Assembly: GCA_965224245.1 (NCBI GenBank)
Contig: OZ245046.1
Location: 1,696,001-1,760,000, forward strand
Reading direction: 5' to 3'
Length of the DNA: 64,000 bases
From: Candidatus Eiseniibacteriota bacterium
GTDB taxonomy: Bacteria; Eisenbacteria; RBG-16-71-46; CAZAMP01
The notes below the pieces were generated by a model. It was not told where the DNA came from and did no database searches. It saw only the letters and a list, made by a program, of their open reading frames with translations. Below, piece by piece: positions 9,053-19,800 of this stretch (within the stretch, counting starts at the first letter, position 1; each line of letters opens with the position of its first letter). The translations under genes were made by a program, and so were the position numbers.

Positions 9053-11443
9053 TCAGTCGTCTCGGGTGGCGTCGCGCGCCGCGGTCGCGGTCCTCGGAAG
9101 GCGTATGCGTGCGAGGAGGTCGCGGAATCGCGGATGTCCGCGAAGGGGATCCAGCGTCCAGTCCACGGCGATGAGCGCCAGGAAGTTCTCGCGCTGCTCG
9201 TGTGCCTTCTCGAGAGCGTCGATCGCACGCTCGACGTCGCCCAGCGCCGCGTATACCGACGCGATCGGCGCGTTCGGAATGAAACGATCGGCCGCCTGCG
9301 CCGACAGCGCCTCGACGCGTCGCCGCGCCTCGTCGGTCCGTCCATCCCCGGCGATCACCCGGGCCAGCGCCGACTCGTACACGACGAGACCGGGCGCCAG
9401 CTCGAGCGCGCGTCGAATGGACGCCTCCGCCTCGGCGTGGCGGCCGAGCCCCTCGAACGCCCCGCCCAGCCCCCAGTGCGCGACGGGGAAGCGCTCGTCC
9501 ACGTCGAGGGCCTGCCGGCTCCAGCGTGCGGCCGCGTCGAACTCGCGCGCCAGCAGGTAGATGATCCCCTTGTCGGCGAGCACGATCAGCGAGAGCGGGT
9601 CCAGCTCGAGCGCGCGGTCGACGGCCGCGATCGCTTCGGGGGTCCGGCCGAGGCTGCAGAGGCGCAGCCCCGACCAGAGATGCGCAGTGGCATAGCCTGG
9701 ATTGAGCGCGATCGCACGCCGCAGGTGGGCGTCGCCGGCCTCCCAGTCCCACTCGAAGAACGTCGCCACGTAGCCCAGCGTCGCGTACGGCTCGGCCAGG
9801 CTCGAGTCGAGCGCGATGGCTCTCCGGGCGGCCGCGCGGGCGCGCGGATACGCCTCGCGCGGGTCCATCGTCGAGTAGAACCCGGCGCCCTTCATCGCGA
9901 AGCAGTCGGCGAGTCCCGCGTGGGCCGCCGCGTACGTGGGGTCGGCGTCGATCGCCTCCTGGAACAGCTCGGCGGCCCGCGAGATGGCGTCCGGCGTGCG
10001 CCGGCCCCAGTGATGGCGGCCCTTCAGGTACGCCGTGTAGCTCGTGGGATCCACGCGTTGCGTCCGCTCGAGCCGGGCCTCCTCCTCCGGGGTCAGGGTC
10101 GTCTTGATCTCCCGAGCAATCGCTCGCGCGACGTCCGACTGCAGGGTCAGGACGTCGCGGAGCTCCCGCTGGTAGCTCGTGGCCCAGAGGTGGCGGTCGG
10201 TCGCGGCGTCGATCAGCTGGACCGATATCCGGACCTGATCCTCCGACGTGCGCACCGTGCCCTCGACGATCGTGTCCACGCGGAGCTCGCGCGCGATCTC
10301 GGGCAGGGTGCGCGAGCGATCGCGGCACTGCCGGACCGAGGTCCGCGAGATCACCTCCAGGTCGTGGACGCCGGCCAGCGCGGTGATGACCTCTTCGTGC
10401 ATGCCGTCGGCGAAGAACTCCCGGTCGGGATCAGGATCCAGGCTCTCGAAGGGTAGAACGGCCAGTCGCCGCGGCCGCGCGGGAGCGGCGGGCGCCGTCG
10501 AGCGAGTGGACGTCTCGAGCGTCCGGGACCCGGACTCGTCGCGGCGGGTCTGGCGTGCGAGATCACGCGCCATGGACCGGAGCGCGTCGCGAATCTCGGC
10601 CGCGCCCTGGACGCGATCCGCCGGCCGCTTCTCGAGACACCGCGCAACCAGGCGCTCCAGCGACTCGGGCAGCGCCGGATCGAGATCCCGGAGCGGCCGC
10701 GGTGTGTCGCGCAGAATCGCGGAAACGACGTCGGGGAGCGTGTCGCCGGAGAACGGACGGCGACCGCTGGCAATCTCGTAGAGCATCGTGCCCAGCGAGA
10801 AGACGTCGCTTCGCGCGTCGACGTCCTGGCCGCGCAGCTGCTCGGGCGATGCGTACGGCACCGTGCCCAGTATCGACCCCTCGCCGGTGAGCGTCGGGTC
10901 CAGCGTCGTGGCGTCGGGGGCGGACGCCTCTGCTCGCACCGACTTCGCCAGGCCGAAGTCCAGCAGCTTCACCCGTCCCTCGTCCGTGACGACGACGTTG
11001 TCGGGCTTGACGTCGCGGTGGACGAGCCCGCGTGCATGAGCCGCGGCGAGCCCGTCCGCCACGGCGGTGCCGACGTCCAGAAGCGTGGACATCGGGGGCC
11101 GACCGGCGCGGAGGATGTCGCCCAGCGGCCGGCCGTCCACGAGCTCCATGGTCAGGAAGCGAACGCCCGCGGCCTCCTCGACCGAGTGCACGGTGACGAC
11201 GTTCGGATGATTGAGCCCGGCGAGCGAGCGTGCCTCGCGCTCCAAGCGGGCGAGTCGCGCCGCGTCGGTCGACACGTGAGCGGGCAGCACCTTCAGCGCG
11301 ACGTCGCGGCCCAGACGCGCGTCGTGGGCGCGGTAGACCTCTCCCATGCCGCCGGCGCCGATCCGTTCCAGGATCCGGTAGTGGGCGATCGTTCGGCCGA
11401 GCACGTCGTCGGGTCCTCGCGAGGGAGCGCGTTGCGGCGGCAT
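9053..11443 (-). CDS. Ser/Thr protein kinase with TolB-N-like and TPR domains
   Basis: GAGGMGEVY, HRDVKP, DFG, LAVLPFE..FADGMHEEVI, TPRs. Confidence 0.92.
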   Translation of the reverse strand: MPPQRAPSRGPDDVLGRTIAHYRILERIGAGGMGEVYRAHDARLGRDVALKVLPAHVSTDAARLARLEREARSLAGLNHPNVVTVHSVEEAAGVRFLTMELVDGRPLGDILRAGRPPMSTLLDVGTAVADGLAAAHARGLVHRDVKPDNVVVTDEGRVKLLDFGLAKSVRAEASAPDATTLDPTLTGEGSILGTVPYASPEQLRGQDVDARSDVFSLGTMLYEIASGRRPFSGDTLPDVVSAILRDTPRPLRDLDPALPESLERLVARCLEKRPADRVQGAAEIRDALRSMARDLARQTRRDESGSRTLETSTRSTAPAAPARPRRLAVLPFESLDPDPDREFFADGMHEEVITALAGVHDLEVISRTSVRQCRDRSRTLPEIARELRVDTIVEGTVRTSEDQVRISVQLIDAATDRHLWATSYQRELRDVLTLQSDVARAIAREIKTTLTPEEEARLERTQRVDPTSYTAYLKGRHHWGRRTPDAISRAAELFQEAIDADPTYAAAHAGLADCFAMKGAGFYSTMDPREAYPRARAAARRAIALDSSLAEPYATLGYVATFFEWDWEAGDAHLRRAIALNPGYATAHLWSGLRLCSLGRTPEAIAAVDRALELDPLSLIVLADKGIIYLLAREFDAAARWSRQALDVDERFPVAHWGLGGAFEGLGRHAEAEASIRRALELAPGLVVYESALARVIAGDGRTDEARRRVEALSAQAADRFIPNAPIASVYAALGDVERAIDALEKAHEQRENFLALIAVDWTLDPLRGHPRFRDLLARIRLPRTATAARDATRDD

Positions 11444-11675
11444 CGTCCGCCACGTGAACGCTCTCAGGGTACGGCCGACGAAAAGCCGTCTGCAAGCGGG
11501 TCGGGATCGCCGACCTCACGCGTGGCGGTCGGGCCGGATGCGTGACCCCGGGGCGTGGCCCGCACTCGTTCCGAGCATCGATCCGGCACCGTCCCCTCTC
11601 GAACCTGGCTCGGAGCCGCCGCGAGGGTTACAGTCCGCGCGGATTCGAGAGTCCATTCACGTCACGGAGCGAGAG

Positions 11676-12398
11676 ATGAAACCTCGACGAGTCTTGATCG
11701 CGATCGGAGTGCTGGTGGTGATCGTGCTGGGGGCCCTCCTCTGGCTCGGCGACAACCTGAACGCCCTCGTCCAGAAGGGGGTCGAACGCTACGGCCCGCG
11801 CGTCACCGAGACTCGCGTCCGCCTGGCCGGGGCGGACATCGCGCTCCGCGACGGGCGGGGCACGCTGCGCGGACTCCACGTGGCCAACCCCGACGGATTC
11901 TCGAACGACGACGCGATCTCGCTCGGGGAGATCACGCTCGACATCGATCTCGGCTCGGTGACGGACTCACCGATCGTCATCGAGACGCTTCTCGTCGAGG
12001 GGCCCTCGCTGCTCCTGGAGGTGGCCGAGAACGGCGACGTCAACCTGCGCACGCTGCAGAAGAGCGTCAACGAGTACGCGTCGCGGTCGGCCGATGGTGC
12101 GGACGACTCGCCGCCTCCCCGGATCGCCGTGAAGGAGTTCACCCTGCAGGGCGGGACGCTGAAGCTCGACACCACCGCGATCGGCGGCGAGCGGACCGAA
12201 CGCACGCTGGACGGCTTCACGCTGCGCGACATCGGCGGATCCGACGGGGTGCCCGCCGACGAGCTGGGGCAGGCCGCGCTGCGCGCGATCCTGGACAGGG
12301 CGGTGGCCCAGGGCGCGGTCGACGAGCTGAAGGAGCGGGCCAGGGATGCGATCGGCGAGGCCGGCGGCCGGCTCCTCGATCGACTCACGGGTGACTAA
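11676..12398 (+). CDS. AsmA/DUF748-like membrane-anchored protein
   Basis: N-terminal TM, LHVANPDGFS motif, beta-rich; start chosen at MKPRRV. Confidence 0.7.
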   Translation: MKPRRVLIAIGVLVVIVLGALLWLGDNLNALVQKGVERYGPRVTETRVRLAGADIALRDGRGTLRGLHVANPDGFSNDDAISLGEITLDIDLGSVTDSPIVIETLLVEGPSLLLEVAENGDVNLRTLQKSVNEYASRSADGADDSPPPRIAVKEFTLQGGTLKLDTTAIGGERTERTLDGFTLRDIGGSDGVPADELGQAALRAILDRAVAQGAVDELKERARDAIGEAGGRLLDRLTGD

Positions 12399-12472
12399 GG
12401 GCCTCCACCGACTCAAGCAGCTCCCCCGGCAATCCGATCTTTCTGGGAGACCTCGAGCCCAGGGGGATCTCC

Positions 12473-12907
12473 ATGCTCATTCGCGCCATCACGCTTCTGG
12501 CCGTCGCCGCCGTCACGCTCGCCGCACTCGGTGGGTGCGCCAAACGGACCCACCACGACTCGTCCACGGTCGTCGTGACCTCGAACGACGACACGTCCCG
12601 CGTCGGACACGGTCCGCCGCCCCACGCGCCGGCACATGGCTACCGCCACAAGATGCGTGACGACACCGCTCTCGCCTACGACGCCGATCTCGGCGTTTAC
12701 GTGGTGATCGGAACCAGCGGCGTCTACTATCACTCCGAACGCCAGCTCTACTATCGGATGAAGGGGTCCACCTGGGAGGCGAGCGCGAGCCTGAGCGACG
12801 GCTGGCGGCGGGTCTCGGACGATGCCCTCCCCGGAAAGCTGGCCTCGGCGCAGAAGGGGCGGGGCAAGGGCAAGGCGAAGCACCGGGTCGCGGAGTCGAA
12901 CCGCTAG
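12473..12907 (+). CDS. Hypothetical lipoprotein
   Basis: Lipobox LGGC; GPPPHAPAHGYR motif; basic tail. Confidence 0.8.
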   Translation: MLIRAITLLAVAAVTLAALGGCAKRTHHDSSTVVVTSNDDTSRVGHGPPPHAPAHGYRHKMRDDTALAYDADLGVYVVIGTSGVYYHSERQLYYRMKGSTWEASASLSDGWRRVSDDALPGKLASAQKGRGKGKAKHRVAESNR

Positions 12908-13264
12908 CGGGCGCCAGCCCGCGGACGAGGCCCCCGCGGACGTCGGCCGACCCCCTCGTCGTCCTCGCCGGGTGCGGGACGCTAACAGGCGGCCCACGGC
13001 TCGGCCCGGGTGATACTCGTCCCCCAGGCGCTGCGCGGCTCCGGGCCGAGCGCAGCAAACGGGAGTTGCCTAGGAGGGCGCGTCAAGCTCCCATGCACCA
13101 TCGACCTGCGGGGTTCTTCCAACGCGATGCATCAGTCCCGGCCGTCCGGTCGGCGGGACGCCGGGCGCGCGCGATCACCGCCGCGGCGCGGTCGGGGTAT
13201 AATCCGCCAATCGCCGACGATGCCGACCGGGCTCAATCTGTCGATCGCCACTCCGGAGGTGCCC

Positions 13265-15436
13265 ATGTACCAGCGTGCTCACGCTGCCGGTGTCGCGCTT
13301 CTCACGTTGACGGCCGCACTCCCCACCTTCGGCGCCACGCACGACAGCGATGACGTCGACCTCGTGGGCCGCTGGGCCAGGGGGCCGTGCTACACGGTCG
13401 CGGGCTCCGGGGACGTTCTCTACGCGGGCGACGGCGCCATCGTACGCGTCATCGACGTGAGCACGCCGTCCCTCCCCACCGAGGTCGGGAACGTGACGAT
13501 CACCGGACTCGTGAGCAGCCTGGCTCTATCGGGGAACCGGCTGTGCGTCGCCGGCTACGAGGACGGGCTTCGCATCGTCGACGTGTCGAACCCCGCCGCT
13601 CCGGCCGAGGTCGGGAGCCAGGCGACGAGCGCGGTCGCCACCGCCGTCGCCGCCGAAGGCAACTACGCCTACGTGGGGACGTCCGGCGACGGTCTCCGGA
13701 TCGTGGACATCACGACGCCCGGCAGCCCGTTCGAGGTGAGCGGGGTCGCGCTGGGCTTCATCTTCGCGGTGGGTGTCGAGGGATCGCTCGCCTTCGCCGC
13801 CGACTACCGCGGCGACCTCCACATCATCGACGTCACGAACCCCGCGAGCCCGGCGGTCCTCGACGTCATCGACGTTCATGGGACGCCGTACGGGATCGAG
13901 GCCAGCGGCAATCATGTCTACACGGCCGCCTCGGGCACCGACATCGCCCAGATGACCGTCGTCGACGTCAGCGTGCCCACCGCCGCGGTGGAGACGGACC
14001 GGTACTCGATCCTCTTCACCACGGGCAGCGGCATCGGCCTCGACGGCAGCCTGGTGTACTTCGCCGCCGGCGCGGGCGGCGGCGTGCACCTGATCGACGT
14101 GTCCAACCCCGCGGACGTCGTCCTCGTGGGTCAGATCGACACCCCGGGCGTGGCCTCCGACGTGACCGTGCTCGGAACGCACGCGTACGTCGCCGACCGA
14201 CACCACGGCGTGCGTGTGCTCGACGTGTCGACCCCGGCGACGCCGACCGAGGTGGCGGCGTTCGAGACGCCGGGCAAGACGTTCGACGTGGCGGTCTCCG
14301 GCACCTACGCCTACCTCGCCGACCGTGCGGATGGGCTGCGCATTCTCGACGTCGGCAATCCGGCCGCGCCGGTCGAGGTGGGCGGCCTCGCGCTGGACGG
14401 AATCCCGATCGGCATCGCGGTCCGGGACGACGTCGCGTTCATCTCGGTCGACACCCACGGCCTCGACATCGTCGACGTCTCTACACCCGCGTCGCCGGCG
14501 CTCCTCGCCACCCACGACGTCGGCGCCGGTGGCGCGGCCTGGGAGTGCGTGCTGGACGGCGATCTCGCCTACGTGGCCGCGCAGTCGAAGGGGCTCCAGA
14601 TCGTGGACGTCTCCGATCCCACCGCGCCGGTGCAGCTCGGCGCGATCGTGCCTCCGTCGGCGTACGCGCTCGGAGTGGACGTCCGGCATCCCTACGCCTA
14701 CATCGCAAGCAGCTTCGCCGGGCTCTACGTCATCGACGTGAGCGACCCGGCGAACCCCGTGCAGGTCGGCTATCTGGACACCTACAACGCGCGCGACGTG
14801 GAGGTGGATCTCTCGGGCGACTACGCCATCGTCGGTGACGCCCAGGACGGCGTGGTGGCCATCGACGTCTCGGATCCCAGCAATCCGTTCCTGGCGGGCT
14901 CGCTCGGTTCGATCGAGTACGGTCGCGAGATCGACGTCGAGGGCGCCCTCGGCTTCGTCGTGACCGAGGACACCGGACTGCGCGTGATCGATCTCAGCAA
15001 TCTGCCGACCCTGACCGAGGTGGGCTACTACGACACCGCCGACGAGGCGTTCGGGCTCTCGGCGGACGGCGATCGCATCTACGTGGCCGACGACGACGAC
15101 GGCCTGTGGATCTTCGAGAACCTGTTTCTCCTCTCCGTCGGGGAGTCCCCCATCGCGGGACGCGCGGTGCTTCACGGAAGCTGGCCCAATCCGTTCAATC
15201 CGCGCACGACGATCCGCTTCAGCCTCGATCGCGCGCAGCGCGTGCGGCTGAGCGTTCACGACGGCGAAGGGGCGAGGATTGCCACGCTGCTGGATGGAGC
15301 GTGCTCCCCCGGTCCCCACGACGTCGTCTGGGACGGCCGCGACGGCCGTGGCGTGGAGGTCGCGTCCGGCGTCTACGTCGTCCGACTCGAAGCCGGTGGG
15401 CGAACGGAGACCGCCAAGGCAACGCTTCTCCGCTGA
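13265..15436 (+). CDS. Secreted LVIVD-repeat beta-propeller protein with FlgD-Ig C-terminal domain
   Basis: Many YAYVA..GLRIVDVSNP repeats; PNPFNPRTTI..WDGRD..VASGVY; GGAGG RBS. Confidence 0.9.
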   Translation: MYQRAHAAGVALLTLTAALPTFGATHDSDDVDLVGRWARGPCYTVAGSGDVLYAGDGAIVRVIDVSTPSLPTEVGNVTITGLVSSLALSGNRLCVAGYEDGLRIVDVSNPAAPAEVGSQATSAVATAVAAEGNYAYVGTSGDGLRIVDITTPGSPFEVSGVALGFIFAVGVEGSLAFAADYRGDLHIIDVTNPASPAVLDVIDVHGTPYGIEASGNHVYTAASGTDIAQMTVVDVSVPTAAVETDRYSILFTTGSGIGLDGSLVYFAAGAGGGVHLIDVSNPADVVLVGQIDTPGVASDVTVLGTHAYVADRHHGVRVLDVSTPATPTEVAAFETPGKTFDVAVSGTYAYLADRADGLRILDVGNPAAPVEVGGLALDGIPIGIAVRDDVAFISVDTHGLDIVDVSTPASPALLATHDVGAGGAAWECVLDGDLAYVAAQSKGLQIVDVSDPTAPVQLGAIVPPSAYALGVDVRHPYAYIASSFAGLYVIDVSDPANPVQVGYLDTYNARDVEVDLSGDYAIVGDAQDGVVAIDVSDPSNPFLAGSLGSIEYGREIDVEGALGFVVTEDTGLRVIDLSNLPTLTEVGYYDTADEAFGLSADGDRIYVADDDDGLWIFENLFLLSVGESPIAGRAVLHGSWPNPFNPRTTIRFSLDRAQRVRLSVHDGEGARIATLLDGACSPGPHDVVWDGRDGRGVEVASGVYVVRLEAGGRTETAKATLLR

Positions 15437-15514
15437 TCGTGTCGAAATCGCGTCGAAGGGGCGAGCGGCGACTCCCCCGATCCGGCAGCCCGCGCCACTC
15501 GCGACGTTTGCGTC

Positions 15515-16765
15515 TCAGCGCGTGCCGAAGCCGCTCGCCCGCAGGAAGTCCTCGTAGTCGGTAACGGAAAGGATCTCCGCCACGGCCCGGCGCCGGTCGC
15601 CTGCGCGTTCGTAGTAGGCCTCGACGATCCTCGCACCGAACGCGTACGCGAAGTCGCGGGGCCAGTCCGGCCGCGTGGGGGTGGACCAGAGCCATCCCGC
15701 GGTGTCGGGACTGCGCATCTCGTCCTGAAAGAGCCGCCAGATGTCCGCCTCGTGCTCGCGCGCGAACACGCGGGCCTCCTCCTGGGTCATCCGGCCGGTG
15801 ACCCGATCGGCGAGGAACTCGGCGGCCCCTTCCCGGATGGTCAGCGCGAGGAGGCTCTTCTCGGGTCCGAAGATCGCATAGAACGCATCGCTGCCGGCCG
15901 AGACGAGCTGCTGGAAGTGGACGAGCTCGTGCGTGATCAGGGTCTCGATGCGCCCGATCGACTCCTCGCTCCGGCGCTCGATGGTGATCAGCTGGCCCTC
16001 CGGAGAGCCCGACGCGATGCCCCCGTAGTCCGCGACCAGGAAGTACGTGGGCGGAATGACCACCCCCGGGGCCAGCTCCTGGAGCCGGGCGAAGGCGGCG
16101 CGGATGTCGTCCTCCTTCTGCCTCAGGAGCTCGAGCGTGCGCGGCACGGCCGCGTACGCGTCGGGTCGCTTCTCGATCGCGTTCGCCACGTCCTCGGCGG
16201 TGAGGGAGTACTTCTCCACGAACATCCGGAGCCCGGGACTCGCCTTCGCGAAGACCTCCGCCTCCAGCGTGGGCACGACCTCCCGTCCGGCGGAGACGAG
16301 CGTCATCGCGTGGACGAACCGCTCGGCGTCGTCGTAGACGAAGCGCGCGCCGGCCGCGGAGTCGGCGACGTCGTCCGTGATCGTCACCGGCGGCGGCTCG
16401 ATCGTGCGCGCGAGCGGGGCCCAGCGGGAATCGTCCCGGAGCCCACGCAGGTCCGAGTCGCTCGTCAGCGTGTTGTAGTTGGCGTAGCCGGCCGCGATCG
16501 CCGTCTCGAGCATCGCGAACGCGGCATCGATCTCCCCGGCGAGGGCGAGACAGCAGGTGGCGTTGTAGTAGTCGGAGGCCCCCGCGCTCCCGGTCGCCGC
16601 CTTTGCCGCCTTCTCGAAGGCCTCGGCACAGGCCGCATACTCGCCGTGCCCGTACGCCTCGGTGGCGCGGTCTCGTAGCTCGGACACGTCCTGCCCGGCT
16701 CCCGACGAAGCCGTGGCGAGCGAGGCGAGCACGATCGTGACGGCGTGACGCAGCGGCGTGTACAT
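15515..16765 (-). CDS. Secreted DUF2268-like Zn-dependent protease with N-terminal TPR
   Basis: Signal peptide, YYNATCCLAL TPR, HELVHFQQ zincin motif, REGAAEF. Confidence 0.8.
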   Translation of the reverse strand: MYTPLRHAVTIVLASLATASSGAGQDVSELRDRATEAYGHGEYAACAEAFEKAAKAATGSAGASDYYNATCCLALAGEIDAAFAMLETAIAAGYANYNTLTSDSDLRGLRDDSRWAPLARTIEPPPVTITDDVADSAAGARFVYDDAERFVHAMTLVSAGREVVPTLEAEVFAKASPGLRMFVEKYSLTAEDVANAIEKRPDAYAAVPRTLELLRQKEDDIRAAFARLQELAPGVVIPPTYFLVADYGGIASGSPEGQLITIERRSEESIGRIETLITHELVHFQQLVSAGSDAFYAIFGPEKSLLALTIREGAAEFLADRVTGRMTQEEARVFAREHEADIWRLFQDEMRSPDTAGWLWSTPTRPDWPRDFAYAFGARIVEAYYERAGDRRRAVAEILSVTDYEDFLRASGFGTR

Positions 16766-17216
16766 GAGGACCTCCTGATCGCGTGGTGTCGGTCGCCCCG
16801 GCGAAGGGCCTCTCTACTCTGCCCGGCCGACGCTCGTGGTCGGATGAACGCGTGCATACCGTTGCTGACGGCCAGCTCGCTCAGGAAGTTGCCAAAGGTG
16901 GGGACGTTCGCGCGGTGGATGCGGTAGATCCGGTTCGTGCGTGCCAGGGCATCGAGGAGGGTCACCGGCTCCTCGTCCGGTGCGGGCCGAACGAGGCCGC
17001 GAGGCGGTCGATCTCCGACGGGATCAGGCGACCCCGTAGTGTGTCTCGCCGAGCCGGTCGCGCTAGTACTGGCGGGCCTCAGCGGCCAGCATCTCGGCCT
17101 CGCGTCCCGGACGGCATCGAGCAGAGAAGGTCACACCCCACCCGGTCGCCACGCCGTCGTGGACAGACACCGCGCAGCGTTTCGCGACCAGGAGAGAGTC
17201 GAGCGGGAGCGGCGGC

Positions 17217-17705
17217 TCAGGCGCCCGGTTCGCGCTCGGCGTCGAGGTCGACCGCCGTGTCCATCTCCAGTACGAGGCGATGCGCGGGCACGAAGCCCAT
17301 GCGCTGGAAGAACGTGATGAGCTCGGTCTCGTTCCAGGCCACCTCCGTGCGCAGACACGTGATCCGGAGCGCGCGCAGGTTCTTGAGCATCTGCGCCAGG
17401 AGCGCGCGCGCGATGCCCTGACGGCTGAAGTCGCGAGACACGAGCAGCGTGTCGAGGATGGCCACCGGCTCGGCCAGCCCGTACTCCCCGTACTGGACCG
17501 ACCCCATCAGCGCCCCCACGAGGAGCCCGTCCTTCTCCGCTCCCAGGGACATCCAGACGTCGCTCTCCTTGCGGGCGCGATCGATCTTCGACGCGAAGTA
17601 CGCCGGCCGCGACCGGCCGCTGATGGCCTCGTCCGTGCGGACGAGCCACTCGCAGTCGTCGGGCCTGAGGACCCGGATGATCAGGTCAGTGCGGTCGCCT
17701 TCCAT
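17217..17705 (-). CDS. GNAT family N-acetyltransferase
   Basis: LLVSRDFSRQGIARALL motif A, FFQRMGF. Confidence 0.9.
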   Translation of the reverse strand: MEGDRTDLIIRVLRPDDCEWLVRTDEAISGRSRPAYFASKIDRARKESDVWMSLGAEKDGLLVGALMGSVQYGEYGLAEPVAILDTLLVSRDFSRQGIARALLAQMLKNLRALRITCLRTEVAWNETELITFFQRMGFVPAHRLVLEMDTAVDLDAEREPGA

Positions 17706-18535
17706 GCCACTCCTGCCGTTTCTAGCTTGTGATAGCGGAAGCCGCCCCAGATGGCCGCGCCGATCGCTCCCGCGAACATGCTGTCGGGGTGAACGACGGG
17801 CTCCGGAGGTGATCCCGATCCGGTCCAGCCCTCACCGAGCGCATCGGCGATCGCCGCCACGAGCCCCACGTCCGAGGCCAGCCCCCCGGTCACGAGCACG
17901 ACTCCGGAGACGCCAAGCGACCGGAGAAGCCGCGCGTGGCGCCCCGCCATGCTCTCGTGGATCCCGCGCAGGATGTCCGGCGTGTCGATCCCGCGAGAGA
18001 CCATGTTGATCACGTCCGTCTCGGCGAGCACGGCGCAGATCGAGCTCACCTTCTCGGGGTTCGTCGACTTCAGAGACAACGGACCGATCTCGGACTGGGA
18101 GACCCCGAGGTAGCGCGCGATGTTCTCCAGGAACTGGCCCGACCCCGACGCGCACTGGCTCGTCATCTTGTATCCGAGGACCTTGCCGCGCTCGTCCATC
18201 ATCACCGCGCGCGTGTGCAGCGCGCCCACGTCGAGCACGGCGCGCGCCCGGGGCTCGAGGTGGAGCGCGCCCCGCGCGTGGGTCGTCATGCCGTAGAAGT
18301 GCCCGGTGGCGAACGGGATGTCCTCCCCCTCGCCGGTGGTCGCCACGTAGTGGATCTCGCCGACCTCCGCCCGGTCGACGGCGGTGGAAAAGACCTCCTC
18401 CACCACGGTCAGGATGTTCCGCTTCCGGATGCGCGAGCTCGCCTTCGACAGGACCGACGCCTCGCTCCCGTCCACCCGCATGACGACGGCCTTGACCGCT
18501 CCGCTTCCCACGTCCACGCCTGCGGTTGTGCTCAT
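17681..18535 (-). CDS. bcrD: Benzoyl-CoA reductase subunit D
   Basis: [55 protein letters not shown]. Confidence 0.93.
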   Translation of the reverse strand: MSTTAGVDVGSGAVKAVVMRVDGSEASVLSKASSRIRKRNILTVVEEVFSTAVDRAEVGEIHYVATTGEGEDIPFATGHFYGMTTHARGALHLEPRARAVLDVGALHTRAVMMDERGKVLGYKMTSQCASGSGQFLENIARYLGVSQSEIGPLSLKSTNPEKVSSICAVLAETDVINMVSRGIDTPDILRGIHESMAGRHARLLRSLGVSGVVLVTGGLASDVGLVAAIADALGEGWTGSGSPPEPVVHPDSMFAGAIGAAIWGGFRYHKLETAGVAWKATALT

Positions 18536-19800
18536 GATCCGGCGATCCTCTTGGCGAAGAGCGCCGCGCCGAGCGCTCCGGTGTAGATGCTCTCCGGCGA
18601 GATGTTCAGGACCCGCCGGCCGTAGTTCTCCTCCACGAGCTCCGCGAGGGCGGCCACGGCGGCCCGGTTGCAGGCGACGCCGCCGGTGAACGTGAACTCG
18701 TCGTCGACGCCGCCCGAGCGGGCGAGGAGGCTCATCGCGCGGAGGATGATGGCCCGGTGCAGGCCGGCGAGGATGTCCTCGCGTCTCTCGCCGAGCGAGA
18801 GCCGCTCGCGGAGCTCGGCTCCCGCGAACACGGTGCAGGTGGAGTTGATCTTCACCCGGCTCCGGCTCTGCTCCGCCAGCGGCGCGAGCTCGTGAACGCC
18901 GATGTTCATCTCGTCGGCGATGTATCCGAGGTAGCGCCCGCAGCCGGCCGCGCAGCGGTCGTTCATCTGGAAGCTGGTCACGATCCCCGCCGGATCCACC
19001 TGGATCGCCTTGGTGTCCTGACCCCCGATGTCCAGCACGGTCCGCGTGCCCGGGAACATGGCGTGCGCCCCGAGCCCGTGACACAGGATCTCCGAGCGGA
19101 TCTGCTCCTTCGGAAACGGGAGCCGCGCGCGTCCGTAGCCGGTGCCGACCGTCGCCGCCACGTCGAACTCCGTTTCCACCGCCGCCTCGACGCCGCCCCG
19201 GACCGCCTCGGCCTCGGCCACGCGCGCCAGCGCGCCGTCGATGTGGCTGCGGAAGCCGAGCTCCAGGGGCTCGTTCTCCACCTTGATGATGCTCTTGTCG
19301 TAGAGCCCGACGAGGAGATCGAACGTCACGTTGGCGGGATCGGCGATCTCCTCGGCGATCCGGAGGTAGGCCGATCCCACCGCGTCGCGGAAGAAGTCCG
19401 AGCGCGTCGCCGGATCGGGATCGGCGAACCGGGCCTCCTCCTCGCCCTGGATGCGACCGATGATCGTGTTCACCGCTCCGGCCACGTCGTCCCGCAGTCC
19501 CGGCCCGTCGGCGTCCTCGAGGATGAACTCACGGAGACGTCCCAGCTGGTGAAGCGTCTGCTCCAGCCGGAACGCGCGGAGCAGGTGATCGAGCACCTCC
19601 GCGCCGGCGGTTCGCTCGACCTCGCGCCGGAGGAGTCCGAAGCGCGCGGTCGTGAACGCCTCGGTGCGGGCCACCGAGGCCGCGAGGTCGTAGTTCGATC
19701 GCGAGTTCGTGATCCCCCGCCCCAGGACCGCGCCCTCTTCGTCGAGGATCACCGCCTTGGTGGTCGTGGATCCGAGGTCGATACCGACGGCACATCTCAT
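18532..19800 (-). CDS. bcrA: Benzoyl-CoA reductase subunit A
   Basis: [51 protein letters not shown]. Confidence 0.95.
   Translation of the reverse strand: MRCAVGIDLGSTTTKAVILDEEGAVLGRGITNSRSNYDLAASVARTEAFTTARFGLLRREVERTAGAEVLDHLLRAFRLEQTLHQLGRLREFILEDADGPGLRDDVAGAVNTIIGRIQGEEEARFADPDPATRSDFFRDAVGSAYLRIAEEIADPANVTFDLLVGLYDKSIIKVENEPLELGFRSHIDGALARVAEAEAVRGGVEAAVETEFDVAATVGTGYGRARLPFPKEQIRSEILCHGLGAHAMFPGTRTVLDIGGQDTKAIQVDPAGIVTSFQMNDRCAAGCGRYLGYIADEMNIGVHELAPLAEQSRSRVKINSTCTVFAGAELRERLSLGERREDILAGLHRAIILRAMSLLARSGGVDDEFTFTGGVACNRAAVAALAELVEENYGRRVLNISPESIYTGALGAALFAKRIAGS

Noticed and set aside
16770-16965. Protein-like minus-strand stretch (TLLDALARTNRIYRIHRANVPTFGNF)
   Set aside because: No recognisable family and the frame runs into the next gene; possibly a remnant.
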